Part shown: piece after piece, positions 40,985-41,275 of the stretch | Numbering within the stretch: the stretch's first letter is position 1 | Layout of the letters: each line of letters begins with the position of its first letter | From: a virus | Reading direction: 5' to 3' (one strand) | Virus record (IMG/VR): IMGVR_UViG_3300045988_163933 | Location: 1 to 41,275 of that record | DNA length: 41,275 nt | Program-made: the position numbers and the translations under genes | The notes under the pieces: model-generated | What the model was told of the DNA's origin: nothing | The model's input: only the letters and a program-made list of their open reading frames with translations | Databases searched by the model: none

Positions 40985-41275
40985 ATGAAATTTCAGAGAG
41001 TTAACATTGCAACAGCTCGGATTAAAGGATTAAAAAATCCACCGTACTACTTTGAACCTCATTGTTATTATGCTTGGGATATTATGTTCGAAGATACTTC
41101 TACTTTGTTTTTTAACAATCTTCCATTTATTAAGGTTGGAAACACTGAAGAAGAAGGAAAAGTTTTCTGCAATCAGCTTAAAGAAAATTTCAATAAAGCA
41201 CATATTTATGATGGCGATAAAGTTGCAGTTATTTTTGAAGATGATGGTCGTGTTCTGGCAATTGGCAACATATGA
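40985..41275 (+). CDS. Hypothetical protein
   Basis: MKFQRVNIATARIKGLKNPPYYFEPHCYYAWDIMF...; start after RBS taggagg. Confidence 0.55.
   Translation: MKFQRVNIATARIKGLKNPPYYFEPHCYYAWDIMFEDTSTLFFNNLPFIKVGNTEEEGKVFCNQLKENFNKAHIYDGDKVAVIFEDDGRVLAIGNI

Overview
The window holds a complete, low-GC, siphovirus-like Firmicutes prophage of about 37.3 kb. It is integrated in a tRNA-Gly gene (tRNA 78..151) and bounded by a 45-bp perfect direct repeat (attL 108..152, attR 37444..37488). A second region with mobile and accessory character lies downstream: a decayed serine recombinase, an orphan gene richer in G+C, and a par/Fst-like type I toxin-antitoxin candidate. The main discovery candidate is a systematic recoding signal. 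Ten prophage genes appear broken in the ORF track. Each break sits exactly at an in-frame CGG codon, and each is repaired by reading four bases (C+GGN) as one glycine, a +1 shift. The repaired proteins recover recognisable family sequences (XRE HTH, HNH, zinc ribbon, MuF head protein, gp10-like tail protein, tail endopeptidase, tail fibre, carbohydrate-binding domain). By manual scan I found no in-frame CGG read as Arg in the prophage, while dozens of out-of-frame CGG triplets are harmless. The signal is therefore frame-dependent and translational, not random indels. The tRNA-Gly the phage integrates into has the anticodon loop CUUCCGA, in which 5'-UCCG-3' is complementary to the quadruplet CGGN. 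The att core starts at the first base of that loop. I propose a natural quadruplet-decoding (CGGN to Gly) tRNA coupled to this phage. Other findings include a Tad2-like (DUF2829, Thoeris anti-defence) protein, a lone Cas2/SinR-like protein, a MuF-zincin fusion, a candidate programmed -1 shift in the tail chaperone, and clear operator and integrase arm-site architecture. All calls come from reading by eye; no database search was run.
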